64,000 bases of DNA from a bacterium (GTDB lineage Bacteria > Zhuqueibacterota > Zhuqueibacteria > Residuimicrobiales > Krinioviventaceae). Of this stretch, positions 52,466-64,000 are shown in pieces. Under the pieces are notes generated by a model. It was not told where the DNA came from. It was given only the letters and a program-made list of their open reading frames with translations, and made no database searches. Each line of letters opens with the position of its first letter. Positions within the stretch are counted from its first letter, which is position 1. Where the stretch lies: contig CAXXFV010000023.1 in NCBI GenBank assembly GCA_963674595.2, forward strand, positions 96,001-160,000. The letters run 5' to 3'. A program made the position numbers and the translations under genes.

Positions 52466-53302
52466 TCATTCCAGAATTTCTTTTTAAAGCTGTTTAAAAG
52501 TTGAACCGCTTTTTCTATATCTTTAATTTGTTGTTCTCCGGATATTTCACGCTCTATTGTTAACGGCCCTTCATATCCTATCTCTTTTAAACGTTTTTAT
52601 AAAGTTTTCCATTCCCACATCTCCCTCTCCAAGAGGCATTTCCTGGCCCCAGGTTATGCCTGGTTTTTCCGACCATAGGGCATCTTTACAATGGGCGCTT
52701 TTAACGTATTTTCCTACTTTTTCAAGTGCCTCAATGGGTTCTCCCGAACCATATAAAATCATATTTGCCGGATCAAAGTTAACGGCAAGATTGTCTCTGT
52801 TTACAGCATGAATAAACTGTAAAAGCCCGTCGGCTGTCTCCTGACCTGTTTCCAGGTGCAAACGTTGACCATTTGATTTACAATAATCACAAAGTTCCTG
52901 GGTCATGGAAACGAGTTGATCAAAATCGAGACCATGTGCCTTTTCAGGGATAAAACCAAGATGAAGGGCTGTTGCTTCCACACCGAGTTGTTTGGTAAAA
53001 TCCGAAATCGATTTTGCTTCTGCCAGTCGCTCTGCCCGGGTTTTAAGAGGAACAAGACCGACTGTTTGTTTTACTGTTGGAATATCGGCATAACTTTCCC
53101 CTGTAAAGCCGCAAAATACAACTGTAATTTTTATGCCGGCGTTTTTAAAAATAGATTTCAATTCTGAAATTTTTTCCGAACTTCTTTCAGTCTGTGGTGG
53201 AGCCAAAATTTGGGCTGTTGGAATACCCAATTTAACAGCAGCTTCAATGCGGTTGTTTAGTTCATGGTCAATTACTATAAATGCGCCGATAGGATGAGTC
53301 AT
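52466..53302 (-). CDS. Sugar phosphate isomerase/epimerase (xylose-isomerase-like TIM barrel), C-terminal frameshift
   Basis: ETGQE, NFDPAN, HCKDA, LGEGDV; continues GYEGPLTIEREI in another frame. Confidence 0.85.
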
Positions 53303-53495
53303 TACAAAATTCCAATCTGGTTTTGATGATGTTTGTTTATTTAAAACTCAAATATACTACTTTGATGATGGTTTGTCAAGCTGTTTCAATTTTCATTTTT
53401 AAAAATAAATACAATTCTTTTATTTTAATTGAAAATGTTTTACATTCTTTTTTAATTATATTATTGAAAATAAAAGCCGGAGATACACTAAGAGA

Positions 53496-54512
53496 ATGGG
53501 AACGAAAAAATTATTTGCCGATTGGAAAGTAATAGCAGGTATTTTGCTGAGTATATTTTTTCTTTATATCGCGTTCAGCCATGTTCAATTTAAACTAATG
53601 TGGGAAGCTTTTAAAAGCGCGAATTATTGGTATATTATTCCGGCTGTGTTGCTCATGTTTTTTAAGCCATTGGTGGCGTTCGGTACGCTGGCGGTTTTTA
53701 ATGGAACCTGTGCAGTATGTGGAAACCAGAGTTTTGTTTTCTGCGCTGCTTGTCGGATATATGGCAAATACCTTTCTTCCTGCTCATTTGGGTGAATTTC
53801 TGCGTGCTTATATGGTTGGTAAAAAACGTTCTGTTTCGTCAAGTGCTGTTTTTGCAACGATTGTTGTTGAAAGACTGATTGATGTTTTTACATTACTGGT
53901 GCTGATGGCATTAACCATTATTGTCTTTCCTTTTCCAGATTGGGTGAAAACAAGTGGCTATTTGAGTCTTGTTGGTGTATTTGTTTTGTTTGGTATGCTT
54001 GTTTTAATGAAAAGGAACAGAGAAAAAAACGTTAGAGTTGATCTCTAAAATTATGAAGCCATTTCCTGATAAATGGAGCCAAAAACTCCATCATCTTGTA
54101 TATTCCTTTCTGGACGGGATTGTTCCGTTAAAAACGAAAATCAGATTATTTCTGGGTAACAGTGCTCTCTATATTAATTTGGGCATGTTATATGTTTATT
54201 TTTCAGGTTTCCTTTTATGCTTTTGATTTTATCAACTTGTATCACCTGCCCTGGACCGCTGCTCTGGTACTTTTGGTTATAACCACCATCAGTGTGTTGG
54301 TACCTTCTTCGCCGGGATATGTCGGCACATACCATTATTTATGTCAATTATCTTTGGGGCTGTTTGCTGTTCCTGAAAGCCCGGCATTGACGTTTGCTTT
54401 TGTGGTACATGGAATAAACTTTTTGCCGATTTTAATTGTCGGGTTGATTATTCTTTCAAAGGAAGGTATGAATATCAAATCTTTACAAAGCCAATCCCGT
54501 GATTTAAAATAG
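53496..54512 (+). CDS. Lysylphosphatidylglycerol-synthase-TM / UPF0104 flippase-like membrane protein (frameshifted)
   Basis: Pieces contain ANTFLPAHLGE, VERLID, PSSPGYVG. Confidence 0.8.
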
Positions 54513-54514
54513 GT

Positions 54515-56921
54515 TTAAACCAAAAGGGCCTGGCTGTAATTGGGATCGCTTTGCTCGACCTGAACGATGACCGGAAGCATATCTTTTATTTGTTCAATGT
54601 GAGTAATGAGAAATATTTGACGGAATTGGGTTGACATTTTTTCCAGGGCGTTGAGAATCAGTGAACGGCGCTCTGTATCCTGTGAACCGAAAATTTCATC
54701 CAGCACGATAAAATTAATGGGGGAACCGCCCTGTCTTTCGGTAACAACGTGACTAATAGCAATTCGTAAACATAAATTAACCAGGTCCTGTTCGCCGCCG
54801 GAAAATCTGGCAAGCGGAAACGACTCATTGCCGTCATAAAGAAAAATATTATAATCCGCGTCCAGCTCTAAAATGCTGTATCGGGAATTTGTGGTTAGAG
54901 CAACAAGCTCCGATGCCTCGATAGGCAATAAGCGGGCGAATGCGGCCTGCCAGTTCAAGCCGAAATTTCCCCAAGTATTCGTCCAATGCATTTAAATAAC
55001 AAAGTTTTTCTTCTATACCCTCAATTTCTTTTCTTAATTCTTTTTGTTTTTTTATATCGTTTTCTATCTGGTTTATAGAGCCGGTCACGATTGCTAATTC
55101 TTCCCGAAGGTTGCTGTGCTGGTCTCTTAAATCATGTAAAATTTTATTATTTACTTCATAATCCTGCTTTAATTTTTGATAAATATCCTGATCAAATTTT
55201 AACTCTTTTTGTTTTTGTATGCTTTCCTGTTTATCTGTTTCAAGTGTTTGGATTTTTTCATTGTATTCCGTAATTTCTTTGACTATTTGTGTTTTTCGAC
55301 AAGCACGTTCTTTTAACTGCACTGCTTTTTGCTGGAAATTATATAATTCGTTCAGCCTGGATTTTAATTTTTGGTGTTCGGATTCGTTATAACTTATGTG
55401 GTTGTGTTTGCTGATATAATCATCAAGTTGTTTAATATTTTGATTATATTCCTCAATGGCCGATTGAATATTTGCGTATGTTTTTACAGCTTCTGCTGCC
55501 AGGCTGTTCTGCTTTATCAGTTTTTCTTTTTCAGAACGTAATTCGGAAATTTCCTTTTCACCGGTTTTACGTTCTTTGTCTGCGTCTGTAAACAGCTCCT
55601 TCATTGAGCGATATTGTTCTCTTAATTTTTCCAGTTTTAAATTTTGTTCGTCAACAGCCTGATTATAATGATCTCCCAAAATTTGTCCGCATTCCGGGCA
55701 TTGTCCCTGTGGCCCCAGTTTTTTAATATTTAAAAGCTTTTCTTTAACTTCTTTACCGGATTGTTCTGAAGATAAAAGTTGTGCCTGATATTTGTTTGCT
55801 TTTTGCTGCAAAGTCTGGATTTTTTCAGAGAGTTTTTTTTCATCGGATGTAAATTGTGATAAACGCAATTGCAAGTCGGTGGCCTGGTCGGCACGGATTT
55901 TATATTCTGTTTGCCGGTGTTGCTCTTTGGCAACAGTTTGGTCCAGTAATTTTTTTTCGTTTATTTTTCCATCCAGTGCCGCCTTTTGGGTTGCCAAAGC
56001 ATCATAGTTTTCTTTTTCTGTTTTTACGTTGTCAAATTCTTTCAGAAAAGGCTCCAGCTCCTCCAGGTCCTTTTCCGATTTAACGGCCTGGCTTTTCTCC
56101 TCATTTAATTTATCAATCGTTTTATTTGTTTCATTGTGCAATGATTCCAGTTTTTCCAAATGGGCCTGCCAGTGCAAAAACAAATCTCTGGTTTTTTCCG
56201 CATCCTGCAAATCTTTGTTTAGTTGATTGTTATGACTGGTTTTTTCTTTTATTTCGCTGGAAATTATCTCTGTTTGCTGTTGCCAGCTCTTTTTGTCGGG
56301 GTAAAAGTTTTTCTTTTTGTGCCTTTAATTCCGGAATGTCTTTTATATTAGATTTTTTCCCATTTAAAAAGGCTGTTTGTTCGTTTTTATCCCGACGCAC
56401 CTTATCACGCGCTTTATCGATTTGGTCGATGTTGATGAGCCGGTTAATACTTTGCCGTCGTTCTTCCGGCTGAAATGAAGATAGTTTGGCCAATTCTTTT
56501 TGTTGTGCAAAAACAGATGTTGTAAAGGACCGATAATCCAACTGTAACAAATCTTCAACAAACTGATTTACTCCCCGGTCTTGTACTGCTTCGGGTTCGG
56601 TCCCAATTTGTCGCGGTAAATAGCGGCTTCGGAAATGGCATTTTTGCCTTTTAATTTTCGGACAGCGCAATATTCGTGACCGCCATATTCAAAAATCATT
56701 TCAACCGTGCAAGCCTGGTTTTCTTTAACGCCCTGTGTGCGGATGTCACTTTTATCGGTACGAACAAACCGGTTACCGTATAATACCCAGCCGATTGCTT
56801 CAATAAGAGAGGATTTCCCTGCGCCGTTTTCTCCGATGATGCCGATTACGTTTTCAGGGAATTCAATATCCACTTTTTGAAAACGGCGAAAATTATTTAT
56901 TTTTAACGATTTTATTATCAT
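54515..56921 (-). CDS. sbcC: SbcC/Rad50 SMC-like ATPase (frameshifted into four ORFs)
   Basis: GENGAGKS, coiled coil, CPECGQ zinc hook, FSGGE signature, LDE, ITH. Confidence 0.88.
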
Positions 56922-56927
56922 TTGTTG

Positions 56928-58039
56928 TTATAGGCTTTCAAGATAATCAATACCTGTTTTAATCAGACGTTCCGGGTCCAACTCTTTTAAATTTAAAGAC
57001 TGAATAAATCGGTTAAATTCTACAGGCAATGCATCCAGAAAAGTTGAACATTCCTGAGATGATGAATTTGTTATTGTCCGTTTGAGCTGTTTTTCCAGAT
57101 ACAGCGCTTTGTTAAACATTTGTGAAATTTTATTGCTGTCCAGTTTGAAAAAAGTATCCACATCAAGATTATTAAGGGTGAGGCTGACCAGGGTTTGATT
57201 TATATTATCATCACAAAACGGTTCCAGTTTTTGATAAATAGCTGACACTGTTAGTTTCTCACAGTCTATCGGCGGAATTTTAATCATCTGCCTGGTTTTA
57301 ATTTCTTTATATTCCACTGAAAAGGGTGACAGGTCAACCTGTAAAAATCCGCAGGAAGAATCATGCTCGTTAAAGCTGGTTCGTTCCGTAGAACCACAAT
57401 ACCAGGCATGGTCTTTTACCGGAATGGGTCTGTGGTAATGACCAAGGGCAATATAATCAAAATTTATATTTAACAACGATTCAAAATCGGGAAGCCGTAG
57501 TTCGTTAAATTCACCCATGCTGAATTTACTGCTGCCTGTCCAGGCACCGTGACTGACCAGAATATTGTAATCAATATCAGAATCAAGTTTTATATTATCA
57601 ATAGCTTGTTGCAGTTCTTCCTCTGTGGCGCAATGCGGAATACAGTGGAAATCAATGTTTTTAATACGACATTTTTTTTAAGGAATTATAAACGGCATAA
57701 ACATTGTCAAACAAGTCAATGGATTCGAATATGGAACCGGTGGTTTTTATTCGTGGTGTTTCATGGTTTCCGGCAACAAGAACAAGGGGGATGTCGGCAA
57801 AACTAAGTTTTTGTATCCCTTCCAGTGCTGTTTTTATCGCGCGGTTACTGGGTCGTGGTGTATGAAACAGATCACCGGCATGTATAACGACGTCCGGTGA
57901 AATGTTTAAAATGTTTTCTATAACCTGGTTCCAGGCGTCATAAAAAGTCTTGCTCTCTGGCGTTTAATCCTGTTACCGCAGAGAGTTTGTTGTACTCTGA
58001 ATAACCCAAGTGTGTATCTGAAAAATGGACAAGTTTCAT
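56928..58039 (-). CDS. sbcD: SbcD/Mre11 nuclease (frameshifted)
   Basis: HFSDTHLG, HAGDLFH, YIALGHYH, YCGSTER. Confidence 0.88.
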
Positions 58040-58257
58040 GCTAACCTTTGCAATTTGAATATTTTTCTTGGCAATATACATAGTAAAATTTGATTTGTCA
58101 AGATTGCAATGGTGTTGTTTACTTTGTGTCACACTTTGATTGCGTTAGTTAAAAATTTTTTATAATGTGGCTTTTTGTATACATGTGATGAAGTTAGGAA
58201 ACAATAAAACATAGGGTGTCAAATATTTATGGTGTTGCTTAAAGTGTTTGTTTTATT

Positions 58258-59766
58258 GTGTTTATAATTTTTTTTGTAAAAACTAATTTTGGGCATAGTG
58301 TTTGCCAATTTGCAGGTGAAGGTAAGAATGCCGTTGTAAAAATAGAATGTCAAGGAAACGGAATTAATGAAAAAACTCTTCTAGTTATCGATAGAGATGA
58401 AACCCTGCGAAGGTTATACTCTAAAATTTTTGATACCGGCCATATGCAGGTTATCGAAGCTTTGGAGTTGAGCGAGGGTATCAACCTTATTCGTGAAGAG
58501 GGAGAAATTGATGCCGTGGTTGTTGATTATTATTATTTGGAAAGCAACGGTCTTGATACACTTTCTGAAATCAAAGCTATTCGACCTTCAATTGGACTAC
58601 TGGTAACAGGGCAGGTTGCAACTCCCAAAGTCATCGAATGTATCCAAAATGGAGCTGATAACTTTGTAGAAAAGCCTTTTACAGATTTGGAAGTATTAAA
58701 AACTTCAATCGAGAGTTTGTTTCAAAGGTTTCCAAATGATACAAGTTCAGATGTAGAGAAAAACTTTCCTCATTTGTCACATGAAGCAAACAGGCTCGTG
58801 GGGCAGAGTAAGAGCATAATGGAACTGAAAAGACTGGCCTACAAAGTCGCACCGTTGGATTCTACCGTCCTGATTTTAGGAGAAACCGGAACCGGTAAAG
58901 AAGTTCTTTCAAGAATGATTCATTCTATGAGTCCGCAAAAAGACCAGAATTTTGTGGCCGTGCATTGTGGTGGAATTCCGGATACATTGCTGGAAAGTGC
59001 ATTATTCGGGCATGAGAAGGGTTCTTTTACAGGAGCCTACAGAACACAAAAAGGATATTTTGAAATTGCAGATGGCGGAACAATTTTATTGGATGAAATA
59101 GGTGATACAACCTCTTCTATGCAGGTAAAAATGTTGCGTATTTTGCAAAACAAACAATATCGTCGCGTTGGTGGAACAGCAACATTAAACTCTCGTGCAA
59201 GAATTATTGCCGCTACAAATCGTGATCTGCATAAAATGGTGGATGAAGAAACATTCCGTCGGGATTTATTCTATCGCTTAAATGTTGTTACATTAAAAAT
59301 TCCATCATTAAGAGAACGACCGGAAGATATACCGTTGTTGATTCGTTATTTTATGAGTATTTATACGAAAAAACATAACAAGGTTGGAGTTTATTTAAAA
59401 AATGAAACAATTGAAATACTCCAGCACCAGCCATGGTATGGTAATGTACGTGAACTTGAGAATGAGATTGAAAGATTAGTGGCTTTAACCGATTCTGACT
59501 GGATTGGACCGGATGAATTACCGCAAGAGTATCTGGATGTAAGTGAGTCTGATTATTTTAAACAATTACCATTTTTACCCTATTCAGATGCAAAATCATT
59601 GTTTGAAAAAGAATATATAAGCAGACTTTTAAGTAAAACAGACGGTAATATTTCTCAGGCCGCCAGATTGGCAGGTATGCCCAGGCAAAATCTTCATCAG
59701 AAAATTAAAAAGCATAATTTAAAGCCGAAGAAAAGTTACCAGGCAGCACCTGTTTCTGAAAATTAA
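58258..59766 (+). CDS. sigma54-dependent response regulator (REC-AAA-Fis HTH), PilR-like; true start probably ATG at ~58367
   Basis: GETGTGKE, ESALFGHEKGSFTGA, DLFYRLNV, WYGNVRELEN, C-terminal HTH. Confidence 0.9.
   Translation: MFIIFFVKTNFGHSVCQFAGEGKNAVVKIECQGNGINEKTLLVIDRDETLRRLYSKIFDTGHMQVIEALELSEGINLIREEGEIDAVVVDYYYLESNGLDTLSEIKAIRPSIGLLVTGQVATPKVIECIQNGADNFVEKPFTDLEVLKTSIESLFQRFPNDTSSDVEKNFPHLSHEANRLVGQSKSIMELKRLAYKVAPLDSTVLILGETGTGKEVLSRMIHSMSPQKDQNFVAVHCGGIPDTLLESALFGHEKGSFTGAYRTQKGYFEIADGGTILLDEIGDTTSSMQVKMLRILQNKQYRRVGGTATLNSRARIIAATNRDLHKMVDEETFRRDLFYRLNVVTLKIPSLRERPEDIPLLIRYFMSIYTKKHNKVGVYLKNETIEILQHQPWYGNVRELENEIERLVALTDSDWIGPDELPQEYLDVSESDYFKQLPFLPYSDAKSLFEKEYISRLLSKTDGNISQAARLAGMPRQNLHQKIKKHNLKPKKSYQAAPVSEN
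58291..58306 (+). promoter_or_regulatory. sigma54-like promoter
   Basis: GGGCATAGTGTTTGCC, GG-N10-GC. Confidence 0.5.
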
Positions 59767-59955
59767 ATTGTCTTAAATTATTGACGAGTTTTATGTGAAA
59801 AATGACATGCGATACTCTTTTGTGACAAAGATTCCCCTTGGCTGTAATTTAGCGATGACAAAAGAGGACAATACCCTTGTGATGAAAAATTGTGATAATT
59901 CACTTAACTGTAATAAAATTAGTCATTTTTGTTAAAAGTTGACAAATTTAATTTT

Positions 59956-59971
59956 TGGAATAGGATTTGCT
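59956..59971 (+). promoter_or_regulatory. sigma54 promoter of the major pilin-like gene
   Basis: TGGAAT-AGGAT-TTGCT, GG-N10-GC. Confidence 0.7.
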
Positions 59972-60061
59972 TAAAAATAAGTAGTAAAATTGTAAAGGTT
60001 AAAAACAAACAAAAAGAAATATAAATTAACCCTTCATCATTAATTATTTAAGGAGTTCGAA

Positions 60062-60475
60062 ATGGGACAACAGCAACTTTTACTTATCGTTCTTAGTGTT
60101 ATCATCGTTGGTATCGCTGTCGTAGTTGGTATTCAGATGTTTGGCGCATCCGCCGCATCATCCAACCTGGAAGCTGTAACGAGCGATTTATTACACTTGG
60201 CTGCTCGTGCACAGCAATTTTATGTAAAACCTGCCGGTATGGGCGGTGGCGGCAACAGTTTTGCTGATTTAACTGCTGATGCTGCTGGTATTCAGAAACT
60301 AACCGCACGCACAGAAAATGAAAATGGTACATATTCTATCTCTGGTGCTGGTACAGGAACATCAGTTACTGTTCAGGGTATCGGAAAGCAGGATGGCGAC
60401 GGTGATGGAACAAATTGTACAATCCAAATCACTGTTTTTTCCGATAGTATTGCAACGACTGTTGTAAATCGATAA
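60062..60475 (+). CDS. Major pilin-like protein
   Basis: MGQQQLLLIVLSVIIVGIAVVVGI; strong AAGGAG RBS; located before pilC and pilB. Confidence 0.75.
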   Translation: MGQQQLLLIVLSVIIVGIAVVVGIQMFGASAASSNLEAVTSDLLHLAARAQQFYVKPAGMGGGGNSFADLTADAAGIQKLTARTENENGTYSISGAGTGTSVTVQGIGKQDGDGDGTNCTIQITVFSDSIATTVVNR

Positions 60476-60647
60476 ATTTTATCAAGTAGACAATGCGTTA
60501 TATAAGGAAAAAACGGGTCTAAAGATTAAAAAATGATCTTAATTTTGGTTAGTCAAAATCACATGTGTGATGATGTTGAAGATGGGCTGTGTACATCCGC
60601 GAAAGGATGAAGTGATGTGTCGCTACCAGAAATATTTTAAAGAAAAT

Positions 60648-60682
60648 GACAGGCCCAAATTTAAGATGGGCCTGTTTTGTTT
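60648..60682 (+). terminator. Intrinsic terminator between pilin and pilC
   Basis: ACAGGCCCA...TGGGCCTGT followed by TTTGTTT. Confidence 0.7.
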
Positions 60683-60711
60683 CTGGATCAAACAAGTTTA
60701 AGGATTTTAAA

Positions 60712-62051
60712 ATGGCTGAATTTCGCTATACAGGTGTTATGCCTGATAAAAGAAGGGTGACAGGTTATCTTGAGGCCAAAAATAAAAAAGTGGTCAAGGA
60801 AAAGATTGACAAGATAACAAAGCAGCATGGTTTTACCCTTCATTCTATTCAGCGTAAATATATTTATGATTATAAGGTTAAGAACAAAAACGGCGAAATT
60901 GTCCGTGGTGAACAAGAGGCTTTTTCAAAGATGAAGTAGAGTTAGCACTTCGTAAAATGGGATTTGAGCAGGTAAGCGTTCAGCAGAGAATTCTTGATTT
61001 TCGGTTTAAACCACCTCATGCTGATGTTATAACTTTTATCCGGTTGTCTGCTGACCTGTTACGAGAACGATTACCGTTTGACGAAATACTATCTTTATTA
61101 GAAAATGATATTGATAACAAAGCCATGAAGCGTGTCATTAAAGAAATTCACGCGGACCTGAAAGAAGGTAAAGACGGAGAAGAAGTATTTAAAAAACAAA
61201 TTAGTTCTCTCGGCAAATTTTCTTCCAAAATGTTGGGTGTTGCTTCCAAGAGTGGAAATATGGCAGAAATGTATGAAAGTACAGCCAAATTTTTGGAACG
61301 CAACATGGAGTTTAAAAAGAGTATCCGAAGTGCTATGCTGATGCCGGCCATTACATTACTGGTGTTGGCTGCTGCTGTTATCTTTTATGTCGGTTATATT
61401 TTCCCAAAAACTGCAGAGATGTTTGCCAAGCTGGGCGCCGAACTGCCTCCGATGACTGATTTTAGCTTGCAAATGAGTATATTTTTACGTGAAAACATTA
61501 TTTTAATAATACTTGCTATGATTGTGCCGCCGATTTTGTTTTTTCAATTTTCTATGACAGAAAAGGGACAAATGTTTATAGGCAAATATTCAATCAAATT
61601 GCCTATTGTTGGACAATTAGTTCATAAAGGAGCCATTGAAATCTTTTGTAGGGTATTTTATTCCATGTATAGTGGTTCCGGAGAAAATATTGAAGTTATT
61701 CGTACGGCTGCTGAGGCGTGTCGTAATAAATATATGGAAAAGCAGATAAAAGAAATTACAATCCCACTCATGGTCCGTGAGGGGCGAAGTTTTGTTTATG
61801 GGCTCAAAAAGGCCGATATTTTTACTGAAAATGCATTAACACGATTAAATACAGGTGCAGAATCCGGTACCCTTAAAAAAGTAGCATTGCAGATAGCAGA
61901 ATATTATGAACGTGAAACAACCTACCGAATGAAGGGAATTATTGACTGGATCCAGGTTGCTGTAGCGTTTATCATTATGATTGTTATGACACTTTTAACT
62001 GTTGTTTCAGCAGAAACTGCTGTGGTTCAACCAAAAATGCCGGGTATGTAA
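60712..62051 (+). CDS. pilC: Type IV pilus/T2SS F-family inner membrane platform protein (frameshift near 60930)
   Basis: ELPPMT, GAESGTL, two T2SSF domains. Confidence 0.85.
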
Positions 62052-62052
62052 G

Positions 62053-63848
62053 ATGATGAAGACGCAATCAAGATTTCCGAACGTCATTGGTGAACTGCTT
62101 TGGGAAGAACGAATTATCAGCAAAGAATCGTTCACCAAGGCGATGGATATTCTTGCAAAAAACGGTCAAAATAAAAGTTTGGGTGATATTCTTGTTCAAG
62201 AACTCGGATATGACCGTCATAAAATATATCGAGCTATTTCCCGTATCTATGCTTTTAGGGAAATTGATCTCAGCCGTATTACAATTTCCGACGGTTGGGC
62301 CAAGTTTATTCAAAAGTTTTATCGATCTTTGGAACTTCGGTATCGTAAAGAATTTGTAAATAAAAAACTAGTTCCTTTTGGCTATAGTGAAAAAAATAAA
62401 AACCTTTTGTTGTTTTTAACTCCAGACCCAACAGACAGAAAAAATGAAGAGGTCCTTCGACAGGCAGGATTTAAAAAATTTGAACTGGCTTATGCGAAAC
62501 TTGAAGCTATAACTGAACTGATCAACCGCACCATTCCAAAAGAAAATGAGTTTCTTGAGGTTGTTAAAGAAGCCAGTGAAGTTAAAACCATTGAAGAAGA
62601 AGAAACCGAAGAAAATTCCGGACTCGATGAAGATGAATTGAATGCTTCTATCAATCAAAGTGTATTGATAAACCTGTTTGAAGGATGTCTTATAGAGGCT
62701 GTGCGAAAAGGTGCAAGTGATATTCATATCATCCCTAAAGAGGGAAATATTACTGAAATTCATTTTAGAATAAACGGGCGTTTAACCATTTGGCATATTC
62801 AGGAAGGTACCAAACCGGAAGCTTTACTTGCCGTAGCAAAAGACAGAACTAAAAATGTTGACCGTTTTGAATGGGAAAAAGCCCAGGACGGTTTTATTCA
62901 GCGTGAAATTGATAACTATCTTATTCGTTTTTCGTGGTTTCTATCGTACCGATCGTATCTTCTGCTTTTACCAGAAAATATGAAAGCGTTGTTATTCGTG
63001 TGCTGGATGACCGTAAAGTTATAACCGATCTTGATAAACTTGGGTTGGATGAATTTTCCAAAAAAGAATTTTTAAGTGCTATAAAAAGACCACAAGGTAT
63101 GGTTATTTTAACAGGACCGACCGGAAGTGGAAAAAGTACAACCCTGGTTGCAGCGTTAAATTATGTAATTTCGCCGGAAGTTAATGTGCTTACTGTTGAA
63201 GATCCGGTGGAATATAACATTAAAGGTGCAAGACAGCTTAAAATAAGTTCGAAAATGGGATTTGATGAAGCTATTCGGGCTATTTTACGGCATGACCCGG
63301 ATGTTGTAATGGTAGGTGAAATTCGAGATCCGAAAACTGCTGATATCGGTATAAAGTTGGCAAATACGGGTCACCTCACTTTTTCTACCCTGCACACTAA
63401 TGATGCTGCCAGCGTTATATCACGACTTTATAAAATGGGCATTGAACCTTTTTTAATTGCAAATGCCATTAATCTGGTCGTTGCACAACGATTGATCCGT
63501 ACATTATGCAATTCCTGTAAAAGGGTTGTAAAAAACATGGATGTAAATATACCGCTCAGTTTGGGTTTTACGCGTGAAGAGCTGGCTGGCGCAAAATTTT
63601 ATGAACCGGTTGGTTGTGAAGAATGCCGCAATGGATATGCCGGACGAATGGGTATACATGAGGCATTACCTTTTACGCCGGAAATTAAACGAATAATATT
63701 AGATGCTTCTACGGATTTGGATGAAGATGCCTGTAAAGACGCCGCAATAAAATATGGCATGTCTACATTACGTGAGGCAGCTCGAAAACGAGCGTTGGAA
63801 GGGCGAACGAGTTTGGATGAAGTAGCAAGCGTAACAATGGATTCATAG
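62053..63848 (+). CDS. pilB: Type IV pilus assembly ATPase, GspE/PulE family (frameshift near 62930)
   Basis: ASDIHI, GPTGSGKST, TVEDPVEY, LRHDPD, GEIRD, TLHTN, two CxxC motifs. Confidence 0.9.
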
Positions 63849-63896
63849 AATAAATAATAATTAATAATTTTATTGATAAGCATCTCGGAGAAAATT

Positions 63897-64000
63897 ATGG
63901 CACACATACTTGTAATCGACGATGAAAAAGAAATTCGTGATATTTGCGCTGATTTGTTAGAGTGCGAAGGTCACACTGTCGAAAAAGCTGCCGATAGTGT
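63897..64000 (+). CDS. Response regulator receiver domain (3' partial)
   Basis: MAHILVIDDEKEIRD. Confidence 0.75.
   Translation, partial: MAHILVIDDEKEIRDICADLLECEGHTVEKAADS

Noticed and set aside
53496-58039. Calling the flippase-like gene and sbcCD true pseudogenes or programmed frameshifts
   Set aside because: Motifs are intact and indels are widespread across unrelated genes; assembly error is more parsimonious.
1-64000. tRNA or rRNA genes
   Set aside because: None recognised by eye; tRNAscan-SE or barrnap would be needed to exclude them.

Overview
AT-rich bacterial genomic window. The pilin N-termini and gene content resemble Calditrichota/KSB1/Ignavibacteria-like lineages (inference only). 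Many single-base frameshifts, often in homopolymers, suggest an unpolished long-read assembly. The left half (1-28.5 kb) is accessory: an IS3-like element truncating a KAP NTPase, a RAYT transposase with REP hairpins, and four copies of an uncharacterised sigma70-promoter plus structured-RNA module upstream of accessory genes. It also holds a tyrosine-recombinase island in which two convergent units (ATP-grasp + thymidylate-kinase-like; P-loop ATPase-TPR) are bracketed by a perfect 21-bp inverted repeat, a candidate invertible switch. The right half carries GH127/GT/OPT genes, an invasin + pilin-like + HDOD locus, proA, a PPase/Ppx/twin-TMK phosphate cluster, sbcCD and a sigma54-controlled type IV pilus locus. 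The best novelty candidates are the IR-flanked cassette next to the recombinase (13498-18740) and the repeated promoter-RNA module linked to RAYT/REP elements.
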